Positions 1 through 11,850 of a DNA stretch of 64,000 bases are shown piece by piece. A program made the position numbers and the translations under genes. The stretch is from Anthoceros angustus (taxonomy: Eukaryota; Plantae; Anthocerotophyta): the NCBI GenBank assembly GCA_010909165.1, contig MU008179.1, positions 1 through 64,000 on the forward strand, in the 5' to 3' direction. The notes beneath the pieces are model-generated. The model did not search any database, was not told the DNA's origin, and saw nothing but the letters and a program-made list of their open reading frames with translations. Position 1 is the stretch's first letter. Every line of letters begins with the position of its first letter.

Positions 1-3000
1 GTTCTGGCCGTGTGAACCACGCATGTGTATTAACCTAGTAGGTGCTTTAGAGGTGTTGAGATAAAAGCCGACCTGTTAAGTAGTTTAACTAGGTTAGGAG
101 AAACGTGGTTAGTTGGTCAAGTATAAAGGCACATACACTATGTTAATTTCGCTTTTCTATTATGCAAAGTCTGCTTTTGTTTTTACATCTCGATTAGAAA
201 ACCAACAAACCTTGGCGAAGATGATCCTTCCCGATGCCCTCTTTCCCTCTGCGAGCATGCGGGAACTGCGAGATTGTCCTGGTGATCTACCTTGGTGAGC
301 ATGTTCCGATGGACAATGATCACATCGCCTGCTTTCACCCTCATCCCGGCCGTCCAAAGAACTGCATCACCGTTGGTTGTTCGTTGCGTCCACAGCTTCG
401 GCATTGCCGCCTTTGCCGCCTCTATCTTTCCTCTTGCCTTGAGGGGCTCGGAACTCGCCCCATCTCTTACTTTGGCGGTTGTAAACCGCCTCGGACCTCC
501 ACGGCCCACCTCCTAGGGTCCTCCCAGTTCTTGGACGGACCTCCTTATTGGCACGCCACATTTTCGGGCGTGCTCCCGGACTAAAGGCTTGTCAGGTCCA
601 GAGAGCCTGAAAATGTCCAGTGCCATTCACCAGCTCCCCGCCTCCTCCATGGACCAAGTCCGGGTAGCGTTTGGTGGCGATGTTGCGCTCCACCAAGCGC
701 CATGGCTCCCCACGCCTCACGCCCGCTTTCTTGGGTCCCATCTTCGCCTCCTTACATCATGAGGCATGGCTCCACAATCTTTTCACTCGATCGCGGTGTC
801 GATTGCTTCACGCCAAGCCAAATCAAGCGCCTAAGGATGCGGAGGCGATAAAAAGACCAGCGAGCGGTGTATACGGCGAGAATGCGGCTTCGCCATGAAG
901 TTGTTTGGAAGAATGACCTCGCCTCGCTTCTCGAAGTAATGCCGCGGAGGCGGCTCTTGACATCCGTGGCCAGAGTCGGCGCATAGCTTACTCTGCGCCT
1001 TACGCTTCCGCCTTCTGGCGCCGCTGCAGCGGTGAGCGTGAATATGCCTGCTTAACGGCCGCGCAGCGTACTACGGTCTGTCCGCGCCCGTCTACCACTC
1101 TACCATCCATCCACGTGGCGCCTGTCACTAACTCACGCTCCAACTTCTAAGTTACCTTACTTGGCGTGTATCCCGTTTTGACTCGGTGGGTCCGGACTTA
1201 TCCCGATACTCCGGTGCGTGGTTCGGAGTCCTTCGGAGTGGGCTCTCGCTACCTACCGAGTCCGGAGTGCGGATCCAGTCAGTGCTTATTCCTCCCTTTC
1301 CGTCTTATTTTACACTCCATACCTACGAAAAAAAAACAAACCCGGCTTATTTCCTAACCCCAAGGAGAGTCCGTCGTCCACAATGACCCCAAAATTGCAA
1401 CATGAGTGTTACATCCAGGGGTCCAAATCTTAACATAAAGTGTAACATGGGGTGCCCTTTTCTAGTAGGGCTACAAAACGAGCCTTAGGCCTTTACAAGA
1501 GGCATGGCTTGCGAAGCCCAAAAAAAACACACACCTATTTGTCTTGCTCCCGGCTTGGGCTTCCTCCTTTTGCCGCATTGCTCAGCGGGCGGCGCGTTGT
1601 GAAGGCGGGCGCTTCAAAATCCATGCGAAGTGTCTCGGGCGTGGCGGAAGGACGAGAGTCGCGGCTACCTTTTCGGCGGGCGTGAGAGGCGATGGTGGCG
1701 GCGGCTAGTCATCTTCATGCCGGTACGACATCGTATGTACAGATTTGAATAAAAGAAAGTGATCCAAACCACAAGTCGGAATGCTCGAAAAAAGATTACT
1801 TAACTTCTCGATCCCGTGACTTGAGTGTTGCATGGGCCACTTATTTTTTGATCACACATAGTGGTATACCATAGCGTGCTTTCACCAAGTTCCCTTGGTG
1901 TTATATTACCCCTGGAACTCTTCCTCTTCCACGACCGCCAACCGGCTTCCGCTACCACTGCTTCCTCCAGCGACCGCCCTTCCAGTTCCTCTATCACCTT
2001 CGGAACATAGCCACCGCACACCCCAGCCAATGACCACACACCAATTTCAACTACCGCCCTAGCTAGTTCGACAACTAGCCTATGGACCTAATTGCCTCTG
2101 CTAAATATGAGGACCACATTCCCTTATATGAGCTTTTTATTAAATATTCCAAGACCGAAGGCCAAGGAGTACATAGTCCAAAAATCGATTATTATCCAAC
2201 CCAGAAAACAACCCAAAACTCATAGGCCAAGGACACTTTCTAGTATAAATACTCCTTCCTAGTGGCAACCTAGCTCTTCTTGACACCAAACTTAGCAAAA
2301 AAACAAAAAATCACCCAAAGACATAATCCAACAGGGAGTTTCCAAATACAAGATCGTTTACACCGTCAGCGAAAGTACGTCCACATTACTGCATGCTACC
2401 TTTCCATCTTTGCATATGGAGCATTGTTGTTGTGGCTACTGCATGCTACCTTTCCACCTTTACATGTTATAGTCTGACATTGTACTTGTAAAGCTTGTCA
2501 GACTGCATTTCTACTTTTACTTCTAAGAGCCCTGGCGGCACGGGCATATTCAGCCTCTTGGCCTAGCAACTTGCAGCGCCGCAGGTTTGCCACATTTCCC
2601 GGTGCATGTTCGATCAGTTGTGCAGATTCTGCACGAGCCTTGAAAGCATGCAAAGCCTCCTCCTGGAGAGATGCCTAATCGCCAGCCCGAAAATGCCGAA
2701 GCCGGCTTGCAACCTCCCGATGGCCAAAGGCCTCATCCCTAGAACAAGGTAAACACCACCGAGGGAGAAGCAGGAGAAGAGACCCGGCTAGCTTGTCCTA
2801 GGAGTTAAGCGCAAGGTGATCCAAAAGAAGATGGAACACTAAGTAGGCATCATCGTGGAGGTGCTTGGGAAGCCTGCGGAAGAAACGCAGGCATGGAAAG
2901 CGAGTTTCAAACAACCCAAGATTGTGATCCAACTATGTCTGCAACCATTCCCATAATAAAAGAGGCACCCCCGGAAGAGCGGAGTTGGACACTAGAGCCT

Positions 3001-3311
3001 GCGCCATGGAGCTGGTGGGAGTGGCAAAACGCACTTAGGTTGCACAAGTAGTCTGGTCGAAGTCCTTATGCATATGCCCAATGTGGGTTTTCACCCCCTT
3101 AATTTCACAACAAAGCTGAGTGCAGATTGGACAAAGAATGTCCTTGAGGGTCACATATGGTGTGGACCATCCCATTGGGTAGAGGACAGAACTGTCAATA
3201 AAACGATAACCACAACTGCTTAAGGACTAATAGCAAAAACCCGAACTTATTATGACAGATGACAGAAGAAAGAGTGTGGAGAGAAAGCAGCTGTAGACGA
3301 CAACTTGAGAG

Positions 3312-3535
3312 TGTTAGGGCCAAGGAGGCACTGGGGGCCGACGACGTTTTCTCCCCGACCTTTACCGGACATATGGAGTGTGCACTCTGTATGACAAGCC
3401 CCAATAGGCTAAGCAAAGGCCCATGCCCAAGGCGCAACCCGAGATCCCGACAACCATTGCGGCGCCACACAGCCCTCCACAAAAAATCACGGCCCGTCAA
3501 TCCATCGATCTGCTCGGCCTCGTCAACGTGGCGTG
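3312..3535 (+). mobile_element. Left part of a putative older LTR interrupted by the Gypsy element (right part ~14490-14871)
   Basis: GC-rich block starting TGTTAGG at 3312. A similar GC-rich block after the element has a TATA-like 'cctataagg' (~14760) and ends 'gtcctaacca', an inverted match to the start. No TSD seen. Confidence 0.4.
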
Positions 3536-3983
3536 TGTCATGACATCCTGGTGTGATGACTTGTGAGTGGATATGTTGATTAGATAGGATGTGCATGAGC
3601 ATGGTATGCATGCCCACAGTAAGCATGCACACGCAAAGCATCTTGATAACCATGTGTGTGAACCTGCGGAGGCCGTGAACGCAGCGTAAGCAACGGGTGA
3701 CGGACCCATCTTTGGGCGAGCGTCACGGCGGAATTATGGCGCGCCATGGGCGGCGATCCTCTTGGGCGTCAAGGCGCCAGCGCGGGTACTGTGATCGGCG
3801 GGAAGAGCGCCAAGCATTTAAGCGATATAAAGTAGGTTTCAATCGCGTGCAAGCGGATTGCGATGTTTGTTCTTACAGGCAGCCATCTGAATCCCAATGA
3901 AGAGTGCGGAGTTCCTTTGACAATCACGGCTTTGGGAAGTGCGGGTGGATGGGCTTGGCCCGATTGAAGGACAATTTTGCATC
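3536..3983 (+). repeat. 5' LTR (minimum extent; true 3' end not resolved)
   Basis: Starts TGTCATGACATC. Aligns by eye with 13945-14360 from 'gacatc..tgtgatgacttgtgagtggatatg' to 'gattgaaggac..aattttgc', differing mostly by small indels. Confidence 0.8.
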
Positions 3984-4439
3984 AGCAATCCTTCCTGAAA
4001 TAGCGTCCAACCAAGAGGGTGAAGGAATCCAAACACGTCACGAAAGAGTGGTGGACCACACGGATAAGTTGATGGTGAACAATAATGAGTCTTTTGATTA
4101 CGGTGTGTTGTTTTATGCGGGTTGGTCCATTACCCAGCTACCTTAGCGAAATAGAGCCGCATATTTGTGGCGAGGTTGTGGGATGAAGTGATTGACAAGC
4201 GGCATGGCTCATGATTTGGGGGGAAGAACCAATACTAACTTTGATGGAATGCCATACATAGTCTCTCGTAGAGGAAGGGATTGATAAGTTATGGTGTTTT
4301 GCGTTGCGGGTGGACAAAGCGAGATCACTCCCGTCGAAACTTGATCCCCACCCACGTCGTCCAGTAGGCCAAGTGGTCGGTTGAGAGGGAGCATAGTCCC
4401 ATCCGATCCATAGCATTTGAAGAGAGTAGTGGTGGAGTC

Positions 4440-5400
4440 GAATGGAATATGAAATAGCGCCTAGCAAGAATGATGTGTTCTTGGCGACATGGCATGTCAT
4501 TTGGCTGATTTTGAGGAGAAGTTTAGGTGGGCAATCGATGAGATGGTGCTCAAGTACAAATCGAGTTTACACGAGATGGCATTGAGGAAGATGAGCACGT
4601 TTCTTGCGGAGAGGCGTTAACGTGCTATCGGGCAAGGACCGGATCTTGCAAGATCGCGTGCTCGCCAAGGCAAGAATGGCCAAGAAGATGTTGAAGGTGG
4701 ATGAGGTGGAAGAGGCGTCCGGTTCTACGGTGACACCATTACATACCAGTGGATGAGATGTTCGCCAAATTCGCGAAATGTTTCCGATCGTCCATAGAAA
4801 GATTCGAGTCGCCGAAGTTCACCATCAAGCATAACGAACCTCTCGATCCGCTTACTTGAGGTTGAGGCAAGCGGTAAAGACACGCGTGTGAAGACAATGC
4901 GAAGCCGCCCGGATCTACATAGCTCTCCCGGGAAGGCAAAGGAGGGTGATTGCCAATTTCTTGCATATGATGCAGTGCAGACACTGGAACAAGCCTATGA
5001 GATGGCCGAGAGGGTCATGAAGGCGTCGATGACCGATGCCGGGAGGAGCACAATTTGGTCGGGGGGCACACAAAGCTTTCGAGTGTGAATAACCCAAGGT
5101 TTCATGGTAGAACCACACGGAACATACTCGGATGAATACGCTGCGGAATTCCCCAAGCAAAGGGCATACGGCCAATAGCGCAGCCACCAATAAAGCAACG
5201 GTGGAATGCCTTCGCTGCAGGGGGGCACACAAAGCTTTCGAGTGTGAATACCGAAGTGGGGGAACGAAGGAAAAGAGCGTTGTCGCGTGTGCCAAGACCG
5301 GACATCTGAGCGGCGTGTTGGCGGGCCCATCACGAACTCAAGCCAAAAGGCGGTAGAACGGATGTCGCAGCGAAACCCAGGAGGGTACACTCGGGCGCTC
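4440..5400 (+). pseudogene. gag: gag with CCHC zinc knuckles (frameshifted in this assembly)
   Basis: Gag-like 'WDEMFAKF' segment near 4750. Knuckles CLRCRGAHKAFEC (~5207-5246) and CRVCxxxGHLSGVC (~5281-5320). A further HKAFEC remnant at ~5066. Confidence 0.7.
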
Positions 5401-5671
5401 CTCGGTGAGGTGCACAGGCTGCAAGAAAATTGGCCATGAGCGTAAGCACGAAGCGGTTGTCACCGAGGAGTATGATTCGGATCCGAGGTGTATGCACTAA
5501 TGACCATGAGGTCGTTTGAGGATGACTGGCCTTGACTTGGGGAAGGCGGTGCAGAGAAAGAAGGCCGAGAAAGGAATCACTCAAGATGCCCAAATCCTTG
5601 ACAGATGAAGAAGACCCGGAGGTATGAAGAGAAATCACCTAGTGCTGAACTCATGCTTGAGAAGGTGATGG

Positions 5672-6150
5672 ATGTGCAGAATGAGTTTGCGTGACCTCGG
5701 GGTCAAAACACAACCATTGAAGCAAGCGTTAAAGGCCTGGATGCAGAAGGAGACTACAGGACGTGACGAGGTGTCTGGATGTGTCAGTTTGCGGGGTGAA
5801 CACCTAAAGCTTGCGGCACGGGGCAAAGGGGGCATTGCCATGGTGAAAAACCAAGGTCGAGAGGTGACGGTCAACGGATTCGCTCCAGAACATGTGTTGG
5901 TGGACACGGGTGCGGACCCGGTATTGCTCGGGGCGCGGGTACAGAAAGCCCTACGGCTGTACGGAGATAAGCTCAAGCCATGTGATGTCCACATCACCAC
6001 ATCGGCGGGAACCAAGGAACGAGTAATGGGAATGACCCGTGAGCGATGCGCATAAATTCAAGCCGGAACCAAGGATGCCTCCATTATCGTTCAGCACGGT
6101 ATCTAACGCAAGGAACTATGATGGCTTGGGGATGCCACACGGCAATGGGG
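5672..6150 (+). pseudogene. Retroviral-type aspartic protease domain
   Basis: VLVDTGADPVLLG active-site motif (~5894-5932) and flap-like ITTSAG in ORF 5672..6055. Confidence 0.85.
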
Positions 6151-6549
6151 TAGATCCGCACTCGAAGCATTTTACCACGATGGCGAGATGGAGATTTCAC
6201 ACACGTGGCGGGATACCACTTGACATGAGGCGGCGGATGAAAAATCAAATAGCATGGTGGCATTCACGGCTTGTTCGGCGGATGTTGTGCATAGGCAAGT
6301 GGTTTGGGAAGAAACCCAGATCTCATGCGGGAAGAGGTACAGGAGAGGATGCGGAGCCGCAAGTGCATGTACATCAGGAAGAACCCCATGCTATCAGAGG
6401 CCTTGTCTCGGGAGCTCACCCGACGGAGTCAGTCCAAGGCATGGCAGGCCTCCCACGGGTGTCCGGACAACCATATGCCTAAGCTGGGAATTCTGGATGA
6501 TACCACCTTGAGGATCAACACGGCCGTGATTCGGTGGCAACCTGACGAG

Positions 6550-7410
6550 CGAGGCATACATCTGATGGAGTTGTGTTCGGGGATCGGGGCTTGAAGCGGT
6601 ATTAAAGAGTGGAATGCGAGTAAAGAAATACACGTGTGTCGAAATAGATGAGAAGGCAGGCGTGTAAGTCCGGGATCATCGGGATGCAAAGAGCATATCC
6701 GTTGAGCATGGAAGCGGTGAAGGGATGTCGGAGCAGCCGTCCGATGTTAGCTTGGTGGGGAAAGCAGCTGAAAGCCATCGGTGTCCGGTCGATGTTAGTT
6801 GCGGATGGGAATGCAGGACGTTTTCCAGAGCTGGTTGTGGAAAGGGTGACAGTGTGGAGATAGCTGCAGAAGTGATTAGGATTCTGAAGGAAATACAGCT
6901 GATCAACCCAACTTGCTGGTACATGTTGGAGAATGTCTGTGGAGCATTCGACAAACGCGAGCACATCAGGAAGAGCTATGAACAGCTCAGATGGTGGATA
7001 GGTGAGGAATTTGTCATTGATGCTGTCCAGACGGGTTCATATGCCCATCGAGTCGGAGTTTTGGACCAACATCACCGGTGAGGTGTTGAGGCAACATCGT
7101 GAACCCGGCCAAGCCGTAAAACGATGCGTGGATGAGATTCGGACAGGCGTGTTCTCACCGGTCGAAGGATGGACAAACCGCCGTGCTTTCCGATAAACAA
7201 GATTGGGAAGCCGAGAAGGGCCCTGCAGCTAAGAACGCGTCTTATGCCTTCCGCAGGTGGGGACGGCATGGTAGTGGATATGTTGGAAGCGGTGAGCCCA
7301 CGGTGGCCGGCGTGAGCGAGCCATGGGATTTGATCGATGGGACATCACGCGAGGCATCTCCATATCGCGCAAGTTGCTCGGACAAGCATTCGATCGACTT
7401 GCTGCTGGTT
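6550..7410 (+). pseudogene. C5 cytosine DNA methyltransferase domain (DNMT3-like) embedded in pol
   Basis: Motifs in canonical order: I IHLMELCSGIGA (~6556); II VKKYTCVEIDEK (~6620); III SDVSLV (~6740); IV LVAGWEC..FSRAG.GKG (~6795-6848); VI WYMLENV (~6917); VIII IDAVQTGSYAHR..FWTN (~7016-7070); IX ERAMGF (~7314); X KLLGQAFD (~7371). Confidence 0.88.
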
Positions 7411-7639
7411 ATTGAACGTGCTGGTCACACAAATGGGCTGACGGAGGTGAGGCACACCTATTGGTACTCGAAGGCGAGTTTCCAAGCATCGTGAAGAAGG
7501 TACATCATGACACCGCAGAACAATGACAATACAAGAAAACCGAGATGGTGTGAATTCATGAGTGGCGGATATGCGAGGAACTAGAGGAAGCCGATCACGA
7601 GATCCGGATATGCTCTACAAACACCGCCTTGTTCGGTTG

Positions 7640-8290
7640 GTGAGCTAGGCGGTATGATCGCATCAAATTCAAGATCACCACCACCACTAGTGAACCCGTG
7701 TTCCGGGAAGGCGAGTCCCATGGAGTGGGACATCGTAGAAAGAAGATGCAAGGAATTGGCGGGCTAATTAATTAGGAAGTCCACTTCACGATGCCGCGGC
7801 TACCGTGTTGCCATTGAAGAAGGATGAAAATGGCGAATGGAAGGACCGGAGGATGTGTGGGGACTATCGTGCTCAATGAGGTGACGCCTTATGGAACGAT
7901 ATCCTATGCCCACGGATGAAATTTTCGATGCCATCAGGCGGGCCAAGTATTTCACTACGTTGGATTTCGATCGCTTCAATCAAATTGTCATCGAAGAGAG
8001 ACAAGTGCAAGGCAGTTGGGCAAAGACCAACTTTGGGAATGGGAACGATGCCGTTTGGTCTAAAGAACGCGTCTATATACTTTCGTGGGCGATTTGGAGC
8101 TGCGAGGGGCTGCCGTTTGCGATGCTACATCGATGACATCTTGGTGTTTAGCAACACTGAAGAACATCTCCACGGAGATTCTGCAGAGGTTGGCCGATCG
8201 GGATTAAAGGCACATCCAAAAAATGCAAGTTCGCATATAAGGAAATAGAATACTTGGGACACAAGATAGTTCCGGAGGGTCTTGCCTCAT
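7640..8290 (+). pseudogene. Reverse transcriptase domain
   Basis: LPLKKDENGEWKDRRMCGDYR, ERYPMP, YFTTLD, MPFGLKNA, CYIDDILVFS and KCKFAYKEIEYLGH, split by indels. Confidence 0.93.
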
Positions 8291-8329
8291 TGGCTAAGGT
8301 GCGTGCATTGATCTAATGCCTCGACCCGG

Positions 8330-8850
8330 ACGTCCGCATTGAGGGCATTCTTGGGGGTCAACTACTATCATCGCTTTGTCCGCAACATGAGTAGTGTGTG
8401 CAAGTTGTATGAATTGCTCAAGAAGGGAGTGCCCGCATGGGAACAAGAGCAAGAACAAGCTTGGCGGGAGTTGAAGAACCATGGCGGAAGGCCAATGTTA
8501 AAAGGCGACTTTGAGAAGCCTTTTGTCTTGTACAGTTGAGGTCTGGTCTTGGGGCATGCTAGCTCAAGCAGACGAGGAAGGCGAGCGAGTAGTCGCATAT
8601 GCAGCGGTCCAACAATGCCGCGGAGGCAAACTACTCGTCATATGAAGGGAATGCCCTGGCGGCCGTTTGGGCGGTTTACATTTCAGTGTATTTGTTTGGT
8701 GCTTTGATTGATCATCAGCCCCTACCGGGATGACAAACATGAAATTGAGCGGAAACTTGCGGATGGGCGCTCTTGCTTTCGAAACGATATGCGATTGTGC
8801 ATCGGCGGGCAAAGTGCATCTCAATGCCGACGGACTCGGCGAGGAACCCA
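8330..8850 (+). pseudogene. RT connection and RNase H domain
   Basis: LRAFLG..YY.RFV, DFEKPFVLY, VVAYA.SNNAAEANYSSYEG, LSGKLA.WAL and HLNADGL motifs. Confidence 0.88.
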
Positions 8851-9119
8851 GTGTGCGACAAAGGTGATGCGACGGTTGGAGCAAGGGACTTTGGATCCAC
8901 TCAAGGCATGCCGTTATTACATGGCCCTCATGTCCATAGAGCAAGAAGATGGAAGGCATCCGGTGAGGGAGGAGAGACATCGCGAGAATGAGCAAGCCAT
9001 CGACTCCGGGAAGGACGGATCCACAGTATGGACCCTCCTACAGTTACAACGGAAGATCAGTCGTTACACCTATGAAACGGCAAAGTATGGGTGACGGATC
9101 GGAGTACTCAAGGAGGTAC

Positions 9120-10120
9120 CACCCATAGGGAGAGGAAGCAATTGGCAACCAAGGTGCACATCACGCTTGGACACTTTGGGGTAAAACGAACGCATCACAT
9201 GTTGAAGAACGCCTACTTTTGGTCGTGGATGTGCGAGATGTTGAAAAGGTGGTGGCCAAGTGTGCGCGTGTGATGCGATTAAGGCCGAGTTCAAGCCGGG
9301 ATGTGGTGTTGCACTCGCGCCCGTGACTCTTCTTCGATGGTCCATCGACTTGATGCACAGCTACCAATCACCAAGCAGCAATGACCGCGCATGTTGATGA
9401 TCGAGCATTTTCAAAATGGGTGGAATTGGCCTTCCTGCTTAGAAGTTCGCAGATACCGCCCGAGCATTCGCAATGTGTTCTCGCAGATATGGTAGCGAAG
9501 TGCTAAGCCAAGGCAATGAGTTTCGAGGAGAGTTTGGCGTTCTGGATCGAGCGATAGATCACAGGTAACTTCCCGAGATCACCCTCGGTGATGGGTGGCG
9601 GAGCGATTAGTGCAGACTTTCAAGGATTCGCTCGGAAATATTGCATGGAGATTGAGCCCAGTTGTTGGGATGAGCTATTGCCTTATGTGGCTCGGATACA
9701 GATCAATCGCCTTGGCAACTTCATCCGTATTACATCATGTTTGGCAGAAATGCAGTCATGCCAAATATAGTGAACTTACCTCGGGCCGTGGGTGCAGACT
9801 CTGAAGGATGTCTTTCGGAATTGCAAGCAAGAGCCAGGTTATTTCAACGTGTGATGCCGATGGCCATGGACAACCTAGCTATAGCCCAACACGGATCGCC
9901 GGTATGCATTACGGGAGGTTCGTGGAAACCGGCAAGGAAGTTTGAGGTGGGTGACTTTGTTTATCTCGCAGATCGACCTCAACCACTTTGGACGTAAGCA
10001 CCGGGCGCTTGATTTTGCGAGTGGTACTCGGTGAACAAGGGGTGATTGAGTTGGAAGGACAGGATGGGCGAAGGTGTAAAGAGCACATGCGGCATTTGGC
10101 CCCATGCCATTTGCCCAATC
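9120..10120 (+). pseudogene. Integrase (HHCC zinc finger and DDE core)
   Basis: HITLGHFGVKRT..YFW..C..C; WSIDL; IEHFSKWVE; GNEF.GEF; SRDHP..AERLVQTFK; C-terminal KFEVGDFVYL. Confidence 0.9.
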
Positions 10121-10162
10121 TTGACACAAGGACACAACGCAAGCACAGAGACCACCGATTGA

Positions 10163-10292
10163 TCTACCTTGTGGGTTCTGCGGCCGTGTCTACGATTCGA
10201 ATTAATGCTACTGCGACAAATGCAACGCAGGTACCATGTCTTTTGCCTCGACCGCTCAAAACAATTCCAGGCGATTGGTTTTGCCATTGCAA
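10163..10292 (+). pseudogene. PHD finger (C4HC3) at the pol C-terminus
   Basis: Across small indels reads LPCGFCGRVYDS..ML.CDKCNAG.HVFCL.PLKTIPGDWFC..C, the PHD pattern including its conserved Trp. Confidence 0.8.
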
Positions 10293-10480
10293 CACCTCAC
10301 AAGCGAACCAAGTAGTCAGGGGCCAAGCGGCGGCTCATGAATGACGCAGACTCGACCCAATAGGGGCAACAAGGCGCTGGAGCCCGTTCACATGTCACAT
10401 CGCAGGCGATCACGCGTAGGTGTAGAGTAAGATAGGGGGTAATAACAAATACGGATGTTTGGAGCCCTAAAGCGGAGGTC

Positions 10481-11850
10481 ATGAGTGCTCAAGGCAAAGC
10501 TAGGGCATCGGGCCGGGGTGTGAGCAAGGAAGATCGCACAGGCACTTGTGAGGCAACGGTGGGAGTCGTGCGTCACGGCAGGTCGGACCTACCTCACGGG
10601 ATGCACGATCGGCGGTGGTGGTCACCAGATGGCCGTGGCGCAAGACAGCGAGTGGTGCATCGGCGTCGTGAGGGTTGATCCTGGCGTCCGTGCATCCGGT
10701 GATTGGTTGTTTGCAATCCATGGATTAAAATCGCTTGGTTTGTGGTCTTGTGGTGAAAGTGAGAGTCGCCATCACACGACGCTCCGCCGCCTCGCGATCT
10801 TAGGGCGGCCACGGTGGGCGATTGGAGGCGAGTGGTGTCGTGAAGGACCAATTGTTGATTGACCGATGCATCTTGGCGGTAGTGGGCCGTGACACATCGC
10901 GGTAAGGAGTCCGTGGTGTGGTGCTAAGGTGGTCCTATAATGGATTTGGAAGCGGATCATACACACCGCTTAATGCATCACAGTGCCCCAATTCCACGAG
11001 GCCGTGGAAGATAAGTGGCGCACTCCTTTGGTGCGCAAGTACCAGCTGGGAAGCGAGGCGGAAACGTTCACGGAATTACAGGCGTTCTTGTTATCGTGGA
11101 GTCTCATCATGAGACATGCAATGTTGAGAATTTTCCATATGACCACGAGGACTTGTTTGAACTTGCGGGAAGGGGATGAGCAGGCAATCGTTTGTGTGGA
11201 CTAGCTTTGTGAAGGAGGCGTTTTGTAAGTTGGAACATCACCTCTTTATGCATCAAGTTTTGATCATTGGCCCAAGGAGGGTTTGATGTATAGGCAGGAG
11301 AAACCGGACTTGCGGTTGAAGGTGTGGCTTAGCCATTTGCATCAGCAGCGGGGATATGCCGCCGGCTATCCAAGAGCTTTTATCGCCTATTTGCTTCGGA
11401 CGAGAATTTTGGAGTGGGATGAGCCCACAACGAGTCTTGGTACTTGAACAACAACGTGGGTGATATTTGCGCACACAATGCATCGACAAAGCGATTACTA
11501 CGTGAATGGGTTGAATGGACCACGGATGGCGAGTCAAGGCGAGCAGCGGTGATGAGGAAGAGGAGCTAATGGCTCGACATCGAGCGAGCAGCGGCGATTG
11601 GGAAAAGCGCAAGTAGATGAGTACTTTGATCACGAAGAGCGGCGGTGGCGGCTCACGGCCCGCGGGCGCCTGAGCACCCTCCGAACCCCGGGATAGTATG
11701 TTTGACGGTTCTGAAGATTTTATGGGATATGAAAATGCCCAAAGTCTTTTGCTTGACGTGGCAACCGCTACTTTGGCGGGGCCATTGGCGATTGAGTTCT
11801 GGATTTTGTGGCTTTGATCAATCACGTCTTTGTGCAAACACTTAACTTAT
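10481..11850 (+). pseudogene. Additional unassigned ORF between pol and 3' LTR
   Basis: ATG at 10481 and a chain of overlapping + strand open segments (10481, 10548, 10918, 10983, 11645) with coding-like composition. No domain recognised. Confidence 0.5.

Noticed and set aside
1-3300. Short ORFs and TE-like sequence at the window start
   Set aside because: No recognisable domain or termini. Probably degraded repeats, but not supportable as a specific call.
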